DNA from: a virus | Length of the DNA stretch: 64,000 nucleotides | IMG/VR virus record: IMGVR_UViG_3300042691_027609 | Strand: one strand, 5' to 3' | In this document: piece by piece, positions 19,172-27,331 of the stretch | Position numbering within the stretch: position 1 is the stretch's first letter | Layout of the letters: each line of letters starts with the position of its first letter | Notes under the pieces: model-generated | Database searches by the model: none | Told to the model about the DNA's origin: nothing | What the model saw: only the letters and a program-made list of their open reading frames with translations | Made by a program: the position numbers and the translations under genes

Positions 19172-19542
19172 TGGAACAATTAACACTTTTTATAGGCACA
19201 TTACTACAGTCTAGAAATCAAGCTCACATATACCATTGGCAAGTTAATGGACCTGGCTCCCATGCTGCACACGGTGCTCTTGGAGACTACTATGAAGGCA
19301 TCATTGGCAAGATTGATGATCTCGTAGAATCTATTCAGGGTAGATACGGGATCATTCGTGGATATAAAATGGCGGCAACATTAAGAGAAGACGATAATTT
19401 TGTCACTTATTTTGAAGCTTTATGCAAATTCGTAGAAACCACTAGAAAACAAATTCCACAAGATAGTTATATTCAAAATCAAGTGGATGAAATAGTATCT
19501 CTAATAGAGACCACTAAATATAAATTGGTTAATTTAAAGTAA
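19171..19542 (+). CDS. Ferritin/Dps-like four-helix-bundle protein
   Basis: 'AHIYHWQV...HAAHGALGDYYE...DDLVESIQG...QNQVDEI...KYKL' matches Dps-like spacing. Confidence 0.75.
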   Translation: MEQLTLFIGTLLQSRNQAHIYHWQVNGPGSHAAHGALGDYYEGIIGKIDDLVESIQGRYGIIRGYKMAATLREDDNFVTYFEALCKFVETTRKQIPQDSYIQNQVDEIVSLIETTKYKLVNLK

Positions 19543-20132
19543 TGAATTGCTGCACTCGCATAAAATTAGACGAAACTGTTAATCGATTATTATTATCAGA
19601 GGGTCTTTTGTATCATTTAGAAAAAGATATTCCACTAAACGAAAACATATATCGCCCGCAATCAGTAAAATATCTTGAACTATTTGAAGAATCAAGAAAA
19701 TTATACGAAGAAGGTAAATTAGATTTAGTAGAAGAGGATAAGTGGTATTTTGATAATACAGATCTCGGTAAATGGGGTAACTATAAAGGTGTTAGAGTGC
19801 CTCTTGATTATCCTATTACGCTTGATTTTTTATTAGAAGTAAAATATAAAAAGAAGAAAAAACAACCAGAATTAAATAAACCCAAACGTGGAGGATCAAA
19901 AAAATTCTACGTTTATGTTCGTAAACCGGGAGGAGGAATTAAAAAAGTTTCTTTCGGCGACACCACAGGATTATCTGCAAAAATAAATAATCCAGAAGCA
20001 AGAAGATCTTTCGCAGCAAGACATAAATGTTCTCAAGCGAAAGATAAAACAACCCCAAGATACTGGAGCTGTAGACTTCCAAGATATGCGAAGCTATTGG
20101 GATTAAAATCGAATTTTTCTGGATTTTGGTAA
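19542..20132 (+). CDS. Two-module protein; C-terminal basic domain seen in T4-like phages
   Basis: N-domain, 'FLLE' junction, then 'KKFYVYV...KKVSFGD...ARRSFAARHKC...RYWSC'. Confidence 0.7.
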   Translation: MNCCTRIKLDETVNRLLLSEGLLYHLEKDIPLNENIYRPQSVKYLELFEESRKLYEEGKLDLVEEDKWYFDNTDLGKWGNYKGVRVPLDYPITLDFLLEVKYKKKKKQPELNKPKRGGSKKFYVYVRKPGGGIKKVSFGDTTGLSAKINNPEARRSFAARHKCSQAKDKTTPRYWSCRLPRYAKLLGLKSNFSGFW

Positions 20133-20142
20133 AATATAATCA

Positions 20143-20364
20143 ATGATAATACCAATCGATAAAGCAAATCATTTTATAGCAGGAACAATCGTATATTGTC
20201 TTGCTATTTTGTTTTTGTCACCTATAGCGGCTTTAGTACCTGTTATAATGGTAGGAGTAGCGAAAGAATTGTATGATTTGTGGTCTGGAAAAGGAACACC
20301 TGATATTAACGATTTTTCATTCACTTTACTAGGAGCAATCCCAGTGTTAATAACTCATCTATGA
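20143..20364 (+). CDS. Small membrane protein (VanZ/YfiM-like; holin candidate)
   Basis: 'DKANHF...GVAKELYD...G...D' with TM helices; upstream of endolysin. Confidence 0.6.
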   Translation: MIIPIDKANHFIAGTIVYCLAILFLSPIAALVPVIMVGVAKELYDLWSGKGTPDINDFSFTLLGAIPVLITHL

Positions 20365-20636
20365 AAATAAAAAGAATAATAGCTTTGCCATTTTTAATAG
20401 GAATACCATTTCCTATATTGTTTGCTAATTGGGATCATCAAGTGTGGTTTACTGTTTTAGCATATATCTTTGCTTTTATTGGAGCTGGTTTAGCGATGGA
20501 TTTTAAAGAGTATAAAATACAACCAAAATTTATCGGAAATGTTCCTGAAGATGGGATAAAACCTGTTATTAACCAAACTTGGATGATATTTTTTATATCG
20601 CTCGTAATCAATTTAACAATAGCTAACTTATTCTAA
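20361..20636 (+). CDS. Small 3-TM membrane protein (holin candidate)
   Basis: Three hydrophobic segments; directly precedes the amidase. Confidence 0.55.
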   Translation: MKIKRIIALPFLIGIPFPILFANWDHQVWFTVLAYIFAFIGAGLAMDFKEYKIQPKFIGNVPEDGIKPVINQTWMIFFISLVINLTIANLF

Positions 20637-20638
20637 CC

Positions 20639-21298
20639 ATGAGATTAACACAAGCATCATTCCCAGCAGGACAATATATAGCTGAAGAACAACCCAAAAA
20701 ACAAATTTATATACATCATACAGCTGGTAACGCTAATCCGCATCAAGTATTTACGTATTGGGCTGGAAATCAAGAGCGTATTGCTACCTGCGTCACCGTA
20801 GGTGGTTTACCTAAAGCAGGAGACAACTGGATAGATGGTGAAGTAGTGCAAGGATTTAGTTCAAAATATTGGGCTTATCACTTAGGTCTTAAAGAATCAA
20901 CATTTCAAAAATTTAATTTACAATATAGATCATTAGACAAAACATCTATTGGCATTGAAATTTGTAATTGGGGACAATTAACTTATACGAATGGAAAATT
21001 TTACAATTATGTTAATAGAGAAGTTCCGGCTAGCGAAGTATGTGAACTATCTACACCTCATAGAGGACACAAATTTTATCACAACTATACTGACGCTCAA
21101 ATCGCCGCAGTAAAAGAGTTATTGATATTATGGAATCAAAAATATGGTATTCCTTTAACGTATTACGCAGATATTTGGGACGTTACGCCAAGAGCTCTTA
21201 AATGCGAATCAGGTGTTTTTACACATAATTCAGTTAGGTATGATAAGGTAGATGTATATCCGCATCCAAAACTTGTCGCGATGCTTCAATCACTATAA
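20639..21298 (+). CDS. N-acetylmuramoyl-L-alanine amidase (Amidase_2) endolysin
   Basis: 'IYIHHTAG', 'WAYHLG', 'SIGIEICN', 'YTDAQI', 'THNSVRYDKVDVYP'. Confidence 0.9.
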   Translation: MRLTQASFPAGQYIAEEQPKKQIYIHHTAGNANPHQVFTYWAGNQERIATCVTVGGLPKAGDNWIDGEVVQGFSSKYWAYHLGLKESTFQKFNLQYRSLDKTSIGIEICNWGQLTYTNGKFYNYVNREVPASEVCELSTPHRGHKFYHNYTDAQIAAVKELLILWNQKYGIPLTYYADIWDVTPRALKCESGVFTHNSVRYDKVDVYPHPKLVAMLQSL

Positions 21299-21607
21299 AT
21301 GAAACTAGCTAATATGAAACTTAAAAATTTATTTGAATTAGTAGGAACTAAAATCATAACTAAACAAACCTCAATAGATCCAAATACAGGAAAAATATCA
21401 TGGGATGTTGAGTATGAACCTGATTTTACTGATGTATTAAACAGTTTTAATACACTAATTGAAGATTTAGATAATACAATAAAAAAACACGGAATTAGAG
21501 ACGCATCAATAATAACTTCATTGAAAGCACTAAGAGCGACAAAATCTGCCCTACTAAAAACATTGCAATCCAAGTATCCAGAATACATAAAAGATTACAA
21601 AAACTAA
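21299..21607 (+). CDS. Hypothetical protein with MKLKNLFE leader
   Basis: ORF; likely start ATG 21314 giving 'MKLKNLFE'. Confidence 0.65.
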   Translation: MKLANMKLKNLFELVGTKIITKQTSIDPNTGKISWDVEYEPDFTDVLNSFNTLIEDLDNTIKKHGIRDASIITSLKALRATKSALLKTLQSKYPEYIKDYKN

Positions 21608-21625
21608 CAATTATATCCCAAACCA

Positions 21626-21886
21626 ATGAGGCCGTATAACGACCTAGAAGTTACAGAAGACTATGTCATAAGAGAGTTTGATCAAAACATTGATCCCATT
21701 GAGTTAATGTGGCATAGAGATCAAGAAGATAGAGTAGTTCAATCCATCACTTCAACAGACTGGCAATTACAATTAGACAATAGTTTACCTATTTCTTTAA
21801 ATAATTCGATATTTATACCAAAGCATTTATGGCATCGAGTAATAAAAGGAAGCAATACACTGAAAATAAAGATAGCAAAACTCTAG
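21626..21886 (+). CDS. Small cupin-like protein
   Basis: 'LMWHRDQEDR...WQLQLD...IFIPKHLWHRVIKG' cupin motifs 1 and 2. Confidence 0.75.
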   Translation: MRPYNDLEVTEDYVIREFDQNIDPIELMWHRDQEDRVVQSITSTDWQLQLDNSLPISLNNSIFIPKHLWHRVIKGSNTLKIKIAKL

Positions 21887-22143
21887 ATTTTCAACTAGTT
21901 TCTCTATTAATCGAAGCAGAAAGAACAAAAGGCGGTGTAAAGGTCAAAGCTGCATATCTAACAAAAGATAAATCAGCGATGAAAAAAGAAATAGATAGAG
22001 TTAAAAAATTGAAGTCAGACGATCCATCTGCATACAATAAATGGGATGCTGATTACGCTGACAAAGATAAAACAAAAAAATACAAAACAAAAAAATCGGC
22101 CGCTACTACAGCATACGAAAAAAGATTTGGTAAGAAAAAATGA
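21829..22143 (+). CDS. Small Lys-rich protein (start uncertain)
   Basis: 'LVSLLIEAE...DDPSAY...KTKKSAATTAYEKRFG'; the only upstream ATG overlaps the cupin gene by 58 nt. Confidence 0.6.
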   Translation: MASSNKRKQYTENKDSKTLDFQLVSLLIEAERTKGGVKVKAAYLTKDKSAMKKEIDRVKKLKSDDPSAYNKWDADYADKDKTKKYKTKKSAATTAYEKRFGKKK

Positions 22144-22421
22144 TAAGTCTACTTAGATTACTTTTAGAGTACGATGACAATGTAGAAAAAGCATTGTCAA
22201 ATAAAGCTAAAGCCACAAAAATATCTAAGACTATACTTAAACAAGTATATGAAAAGGGACTTAGTGCGTGGAAAGGAGGACATAGACCTGGAGTTAGTCA
22301 ACACCAATGGGCTATGGGAAGAGTAAATTCGTTCGTTACTGGAAAAGGTGGATCAAGAAAAGTTGATAAGGAATTATGGAAAAAAGCAAGAAAAAGTAAA
22401 CAGAAAAAATCAAAAAAATGA
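22140..22421 (+). CDS. Small basic protein of a family seen in T4-like phages and giant viruses
   Basis: 'ILKQVYEKGLSAWKGGHRPGVSQHQWAMGRVNSF'; leader MISLLRLLLE. Confidence 0.75.
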   Translation: MISLLRLLLEYDDNVEKALSNKAKATKISKTILKQVYEKGLSAWKGGHRPGVSQHQWAMGRVNSFVTGKGGSRKVDKELWKKARKSKQKKSKK

Positions 22422-22903
22422 TAAAGTTAAAAAATCTATTAAACGAAGTATCATATGATAAATCGGGTTTAGAAAAACCTCATTTAGCAGATAGAAATAA
22501 AGATAAAAAAATCTCTTCTTGGGAAAAAAAGGTGGCTTCAAAAATCGAAAAAAATGTCGATGAGGGAGCTCCTCAAGACGAGTACATGATTGGCACGAAA
22601 AAGTATTCAGTGGGCAGACCCCAACAATATCCAGAAATGTGTCAAGAGTGTGGAACAAAAATGTATGAAGGCGCATGTATGGAGTGCGATTACATGGATC
22701 AATCGTCAGAAATGTCGTCAGATCATGAAGTTGGAATGGCGCAAAATCTACTACAAGATATTATTCGAAACGCACAAGAGTTAATGCAAAAAATAGGAAA
22801 TCAAGAAATAAACCTTCCAGGTTGGATACAAGATCACATATCACAAGCTCAAAACTATATTGATCAAGCCAATGTTGGATATCATACTTTAGGAGAAGAT
22901 TAA
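22418..22903 (+). CDS. Mosaic protein: EF-hand-like loop, Cys4 ribbon, helical module
   Basis: Leader MIKLKNLLNE; DRNKDKKISSWE; CQEC...CMEC; 'DHEVGMA...LPGWIQDHIS'. Confidence 0.7.
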   Translation: MIKLKNLLNEVSYDKSGLEKPHLADRNKDKKISSWEKKVASKIEKNVDEGAPQDEYMIGTKKYSVGRPQQYPEMCQECGTKMYEGACMECDYMDQSSEMSSDHEVGMAQNLLQDIIRNAQELMQKIGNQEINLPGWIQDHISQAQNYIDQANVGYHTLGED

Positions 22904-22916
22904 AATTGACAGCGTA

Positions 22917-24542
22917 ATGCAAATAGACAAATTATTAGAACAACTGCTAATTATCGAAGACGATAAACTTCGTATGGAAAAACCGCCAAAAACTTTTGAG
23001 GATGATCCTATGAATTTTATTTTGAATAAGTATCAGAATCTAAATGAGATTTTGACAGAATTATTGACTGATAATTTTCAAGAATACATCACTGGTATTT
23101 ACATAATCGCACCAAAACCTACTACGTTTAAAATAGTTTTGCATAACGGGCAATACTTCTTTTTAACATATACACAAGAAGCGTATCAAGCAACAATAGC
23201 AGGAAAAAATTATTTCTTAATGACGGTTGGAGAAAAACAAAGAGCGATGTTAGCGATCTCTAGATTGTTAAGATGGGGAAGTCCACTTAAGACAAAAGGT
23301 CCTGAAGGAGCTGAACAAGGTGCAGAGGCTACAGATGCAACAGAAACACCCGCAGAAACTCCGCCAGCAGAAGGAGGAGAAAGTGGAGGCGAAGAAGAAA
23401 CTTTAGCTGAATCGAAAAATATAATAAAAAACCTTTTAGAGGTAGAAGTCAGCGGACAAGAAGCTGAAGTATTGGGCGTTGAATTATGGAACGCGTCGGT
23501 AAACTACAAAAAAGTACCACCAAAATACTCAAAATACGAAAAAGTATTTGACGAGTTACAAAAAATATCATCTAAATACAAAGTAGAAATACAACAGTAT
23601 TCTGGACAAAGAATATCAACAACTGATTTTTGGCAACAAGAAACAGGAAAATCAAAAGACGAACCAAAAACAGATCTAATATCAGTCGATAAAAAGAAAT
23701 TGAGACTTTCAGCAAAAAAAGGTCCTGCTCAAATAATGAGCGGAATAAAAGAAGAATCTAAAGCCACAATCCTTGCAGCCGCTAGGTCTGTTGGACTAGA
23801 TTCAGAAATCAAAAGTAGACTAATGAAAGAGATTGGTAGGTTGGCTGATACTACAAAAACTGAAAAATTAAATACTGGCGAATTAAGAAAAACTGATATT
23901 AAAAATTTAAAATCTAAAGTAAATATACAAGCAAAAAAAGTTTTAAATTCTGCTATTAAAGCTAACGCAGCTTTACAAAAAGATTTAGACGATCTATTCG
24001 TTAAAAATAAAGAATTTAAAAAAGCGTTTGTGTATGAAGCTATGACAGGAACTCAAAAATTTGGCAAAGGATCTCCAGCTGAAGCAAACTACGTAATCGC
24101 ATTTAGTAATGATTTTAATCACGTTAAATTTGAAGACGTATCAAAAATGAGTTCTCCTGTAATCGATAAGATTTCTGATAAAACAAAACTCTCAGTTAGT
24201 TTTAAGTCTACATCGTATAAAATAAAAGGCGAAAAAGCTGGATACAATTTCTTCTCAGTAATAAGACTTGGTCTTGAAGATTTAGTGGAAAAGCAAGACA
24301 AGCTAAACGAAGCAATGAAAAACGCAAATTTGAGTGAAAACGTTGTCATCGACAAAATAAAACAATTTTTGGCTTATTTACAAGATAAGTTTAATAAAGT
24401 GATAGATTATATATCAGAAAGTGTAAAAAAGCTTACTGAGCTTATCCAACAAGGAATTGAAAAAGCTTTAGAATTTCTTGGTATAGAAATACGAACATCT
24501 ATCGATTACACAGGACCAGAAGATTTTTATAGCATAATATAA
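22917..24542 (+). CDS. Multidomain protein with putative PD-(D/E)XK-like nuclease domain
   Basis: N-domain, acidic linker, then 'QEAE...EPKTDLISV...LRLSAKKG' restriction-endonuclease-like spacing. Confidence 0.6.
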   Translation: MQIDKLLEQLLIIEDDKLRMEKPPKTFEDDPMNFILNKYQNLNEILTELLTDNFQEYITGIYIIAPKPTTFKIVLHNGQYFFLTYTQEAYQATIAGKNYFLMTVGEKQRAMLAISRLLRWGSPLKTKGPEGAEQGAEATDATETPAETPPAEGGESGGEEETLAESKNIIKNLLEVEVSGQEAEVLGVELWNASVNYKKVPPKYSKYEKVFDELQKISSKYKVEIQQYSGQRISTTDFWQQETGKSKDEPKTDLISVDKKKLRLSAKKGPAQIMSGIKEESKATILAAARSVGLDSEIKSRLMKEIGRLADTTKTEKLNTGELRKTDIKNLKSKVNIQAKKVLNSAIKANAALQKDLDDLFVKNKEFKKAFVYEAMTGTQKFGKGSPAEANYVIAFSNDFNHVKFEDVSKMSSPVIDKISDKTKLSVSFKSTSYKIKGEKAGYNFFSVIRLGLEDLVEKQDKLNEAMKNANLSENVVIDKIKQFLAYLQDKFNKVIDYISESVKKLTELIQQGIEKALEFLGIEIRTSIDYTGPEDFYSII

Positions 24543-24550
24543 TCAAATAT

Positions 24551-24907
24551 ATGTCATTTAATTTACAAAAATATCTCATAGAAAATAATTTGACCCTAAC
24601 AGGTAAAATAAGACTTCGTGAAGAGGAAGAAGATGCAGAAACTGAACCTTCAAAAGAAGACATGAAATCGACAGAAAAGGATATGAGAGATCTCGATAAA
24701 AATAAAAACCAACTTAAAAATTTACAAGCAAAAGTAAAAGACATAATCTTCAAGTTTACTAAAGATACACCTCAGGGTAAAGTCTTGATAGATGTAACAG
24801 CATATAAAAAAGCAATTGGAGATTTACCTAAAAAAATAAAAGATCTCAAAAAGAAAATTGACGCGGTAGAAAATCCACAAGCAGATGATTCAGAAGATCA
24901 AGACTAA
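24551..24907 (+). CDS. Hypothetical charged coiled-coil protein
   Basis: Leader 'MSFNLQKYLIEN', similar to the start of the 31697 gene. Confidence 0.7.
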   Translation: MSFNLQKYLIENNLTLTGKIRLREEEEDAETEPSKEDMKSTEKDMRDLDKNKNQLKNLQAKVKDIIFKFTKDTPQGKVLIDVTAYKKAIGDLPKKIKDLKKKIDAVENPQADDSEDQD

Positions 24908-24918
24908 TAGAGTAAAAT

Positions 24919-25251
24919 ATGAAAAACATAATAACATATATCGCAATAACAATTGGATTGATTTGTATTGGAATATCAATATATGAACCAAAACCTACTA
25001 TGCCAAGCGAATATAAGAATGCTATAGATTCTCTTACCAAAGCAAACAATGCATTACAACAAAAACAAAGGGAGTTAGATAGCGTAATAGGTAATTATCA
25101 GATACAGATATACGATTTAGATTATAAACTGTCTAATATCAAAGAAAAAACAACTGTCATTAAAGAATATTACCACGAAATAAGCAAACAAACGCAGTCA
25201 TACAATACAACGCAAGTAGACTCATTTTTAAGAAATCGATTTAACTACTAA
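24919..25251 (+). CDS. Inner-membrane-anchored coiled-coil protein (i-spanin-like)
   Basis: N-terminal TM plus periplasmic-type coiled coil. Confidence 0.55.
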   Translation: MKNIITYIAITIGLICIGISIYEPKPTMPSEYKNAIDSLTKANNALQQKQRELDSVIGNYQIQIYDLDYKLSNIKEKTTVIKEYYHEISKQTQSYNTTQVDSFLRNRFNY

Positions 25252-25652
25252 TGAAAAAGCTAATATTCATACTACTCATATCTCCGCTAAAACTAATAGC
25301 GCAAGATACCATACACATACCAGCTCCCGCTGCTAAAGCTATAGTTCAAGAATTAGTCGGTTGCGATAGTGTAAAAGCTATACACGAATTAACAAAAGAA
25401 CAATTGACTGTATTAGAAAAAAAGACTGAAATACAAGACAGCGCAATATCTGGATACAAAGAAAAGATGCGTATGTATAAAGAAATGTTATACAACGAAC
25501 AGGAAAAGTTTGACGTACAAAATAAATGGGTTGACGATCTAAAGAAAGACGTTAGAAAGCTCAGGATATCTAATAAGATATACAAAACCGGTTTTTGGGC
25601 TGGATTATTCATAGGCACTATTGGATACATTTATTTAGCAAAGCCGTTTTAA
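25251..25652 (+). CDS. Secreted coiled-coil protein with C-terminal TM (spanin-like partner)
   Basis: Signal peptide MKKLIFILLISPLKLIA|Q; coiled coil; C-terminal hydrophobic helix; coupled to upstream gene. Confidence 0.55.
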   Translation: MKKLIFILLISPLKLIAQDTIHIPAPAAKAIVQELVGCDSVKAIHELTKEQLTVLEKKTEIQDSAISGYKEKMRMYKEMLYNEQEKFDVQNKWVDDLKKDVRKLRISNKIYKTGFWAGLFIGTIGYIYLAKPF

Positions 25653-25682
25653 AAAACAAAACCTCTTCCCTACCATAAAAAT

Positions 25683-25709
25683 AGCTCAACGTAACAGTTG
25701 GGCTTTTTT
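25683..25709 (+). terminator. Rho-independent terminator
   Basis: AGCTCAAC-gtaaca-GTTGGGCT stem-loop followed by a T-tract. Confidence 0.8.
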
Positions 25710-25711
25710 GT

Positions 25712-25720
25712 ATATTTATA
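25712..25720 (+). promoter_or_regulatory. ATATTTATA putative late promoter (terminase)
   Basis: Directly after a terminator, 3 nt before ATG 25724. Confidence 0.7.
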
Positions 25721-25723
25721 TAC

Positions 25724-27322
25724 ATGAGTGAGCAACAAAATATAAAAGAAAAAATAAAGGAAGAGTTTGTAAAATGTGCTCAAGATCCTGTTTACTTCAT
25801 GAAGAAGTATTACATGATTCAACATCCGCAAAGAGGTCGACAATTGTTCGATCTTTATCCATTTCAGGAAAAAGTTTTACGTCTATTCCAAAAGTATCCC
25901 GACTCAATTATTAATAAATCTAGACAGTTGGGTATATCGACACTTGTTTCTGCATATTCTTTGTGGTTGATGATATTCAATAAGGATAAAAACGTTCTTG
26001 TAATAGCTACCAAACAAGATACCGCAAAAAATATGGTAACTAAAGTAAGATTTGCTTACGATAACCTACCAGTCTGGCTTAGAATAGGAGCTACTGCAAT
26101 TGAAAACAATAGGTTAAGCTTAAGATTGACAAATGGATCTCAGATTAAAGCCGTATCAGCTGCAGGTGACTCTGGTCGTTCTGAAGCTGTGTCGCTGCTT
26201 GTAATCGATGAGGCTGCGTTTATTGACAACATTGAAACTATATACACTGCGGCTAAAATGACTCTTGCTACCGGTGGTGGGTGCATTGCGCTTTCTACTC
26301 CAAATGGTATGGGTAATTGGTTCCATAAGACTTATACAACTGCTCAAAAGCAAGAGAATAATTTTATACCCATATCTTTACCGTGGACCGTCCATCCAGA
26401 AAGAGATCAAGCTTGGAGAGACGAACAAGACGTAGATTTAGGTAAAAGAAACGCTGCACAAGAATGCGATTGCGACTTCTTAAGCTCAGGTAATACAGTT
26501 ATCGAACCAGATATACTTACTTGGTACGAACAAAATATGATATGCGAACCAATTGAGAAAAGAGGTGTTGATAAATCTTATTGGATATGGGAATATCCTG
26601 ATCCTATGAAATATTATGCGGTGATCGCTGACGTTGCTCGAGGTGACGGATCAGATTATTCTGCTTTTCACGTAATAGATATAGATACTATGGCGCAAGT
26701 TGCAGAGTATCAATCTCAGTTGGGAACAAGAGAATACGCAAATGTTTTAATTTCTGCTGCCACCGAATACAATCAAGCGTTACTTGTCGTAGAAAATAAT
26801 AATATTGGATGGGACGTTGTTCAATCGATAGTAGAAAGTGGATACACTAATATGTATTATAGCTTAAGAACAGAGGGAAATTCGGATTTTGTTACATATA
26901 TAAACAAATACGAAAGATCAGATGGACTAGTCCCAGGATTTTCGATGAATCAAAGAACTAGACCACTTGCGATTGAAAGAATGAGAGATTCTATTGAGAA
27001 TAAAGTTGCGATAATAAAATCGCGTAGATTGTTAGAAGAGCTTAGAGTTTTTATTTGGAAAAATAATAAGCAACAAGCAATGAACGGATATAATGACGAT
27101 TTAACATTGTCTTTCGCAATGGGAATGTACTTGAGAGAAACATCTCTTAGGTATAGAAAGACAGCTGAAAGTTTGACATATAGTGCATTAAACAACTATT
27201 CAAGAACGACTAGTGAAATGCCTCTATACAACGCAAACAGTAACATAAATCAAAATCCGTGGGGAATGAACGTAAACAATGCCCAAGGTCAACAATTTGA
27301 AGATCTTAGGTGGCTAATATAA
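25724..27322 (+). CDS. terL: Terminase large subunit (T4 gp17-like)
   Basis: 'LYPFQ', Walker A 'KSRQLGIST', Walker B 'LLVIDEAAF', 'LSTPNG', nuclease 'ADVARGDGSDYS', 'NDDL'. Confidence 0.95.
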   Translation: MSEQQNIKEKIKEEFVKCAQDPVYFMKKYYMIQHPQRGRQLFDLYPFQEKVLRLFQKYPDSIINKSRQLGISTLVSAYSLWLMIFNKDKNVLVIATKQDTAKNMVTKVRFAYDNLPVWLRIGATAIENNRLSLRLTNGSQIKAVSAAGDSGRSEAVSLLVIDEAAFIDNIETIYTAAKMTLATGGGCIALSTPNGMGNWFHKTYTTAQKQENNFIPISLPWTVHPERDQAWRDEQDVDLGKRNAAQECDCDFLSSGNTVIEPDILTWYEQNMICEPIEKRGVDKSYWIWEYPDPMKYYAVIADVARGDGSDYSAFHVIDIDTMAQVAEYQSQLGTREYANVLISAATEYNQALLVVENNNIGWDVVQSIVESGYTNMYYSLRTEGNSDFVTYINKYERSDGLVPGFSMNQRTRPLAIERMRDSIENKVAIIKSRRLLEELRVFIWKNNKQQAMNGYNDDLTLSFAMGMYLRETSLRYRKTAESLTYSALNNYSRTTSEMPLYNANSNINQNPWGMNVNNAQGQQFEDLRWLI

Positions 27323-27331
27323 ATTTAAAAA

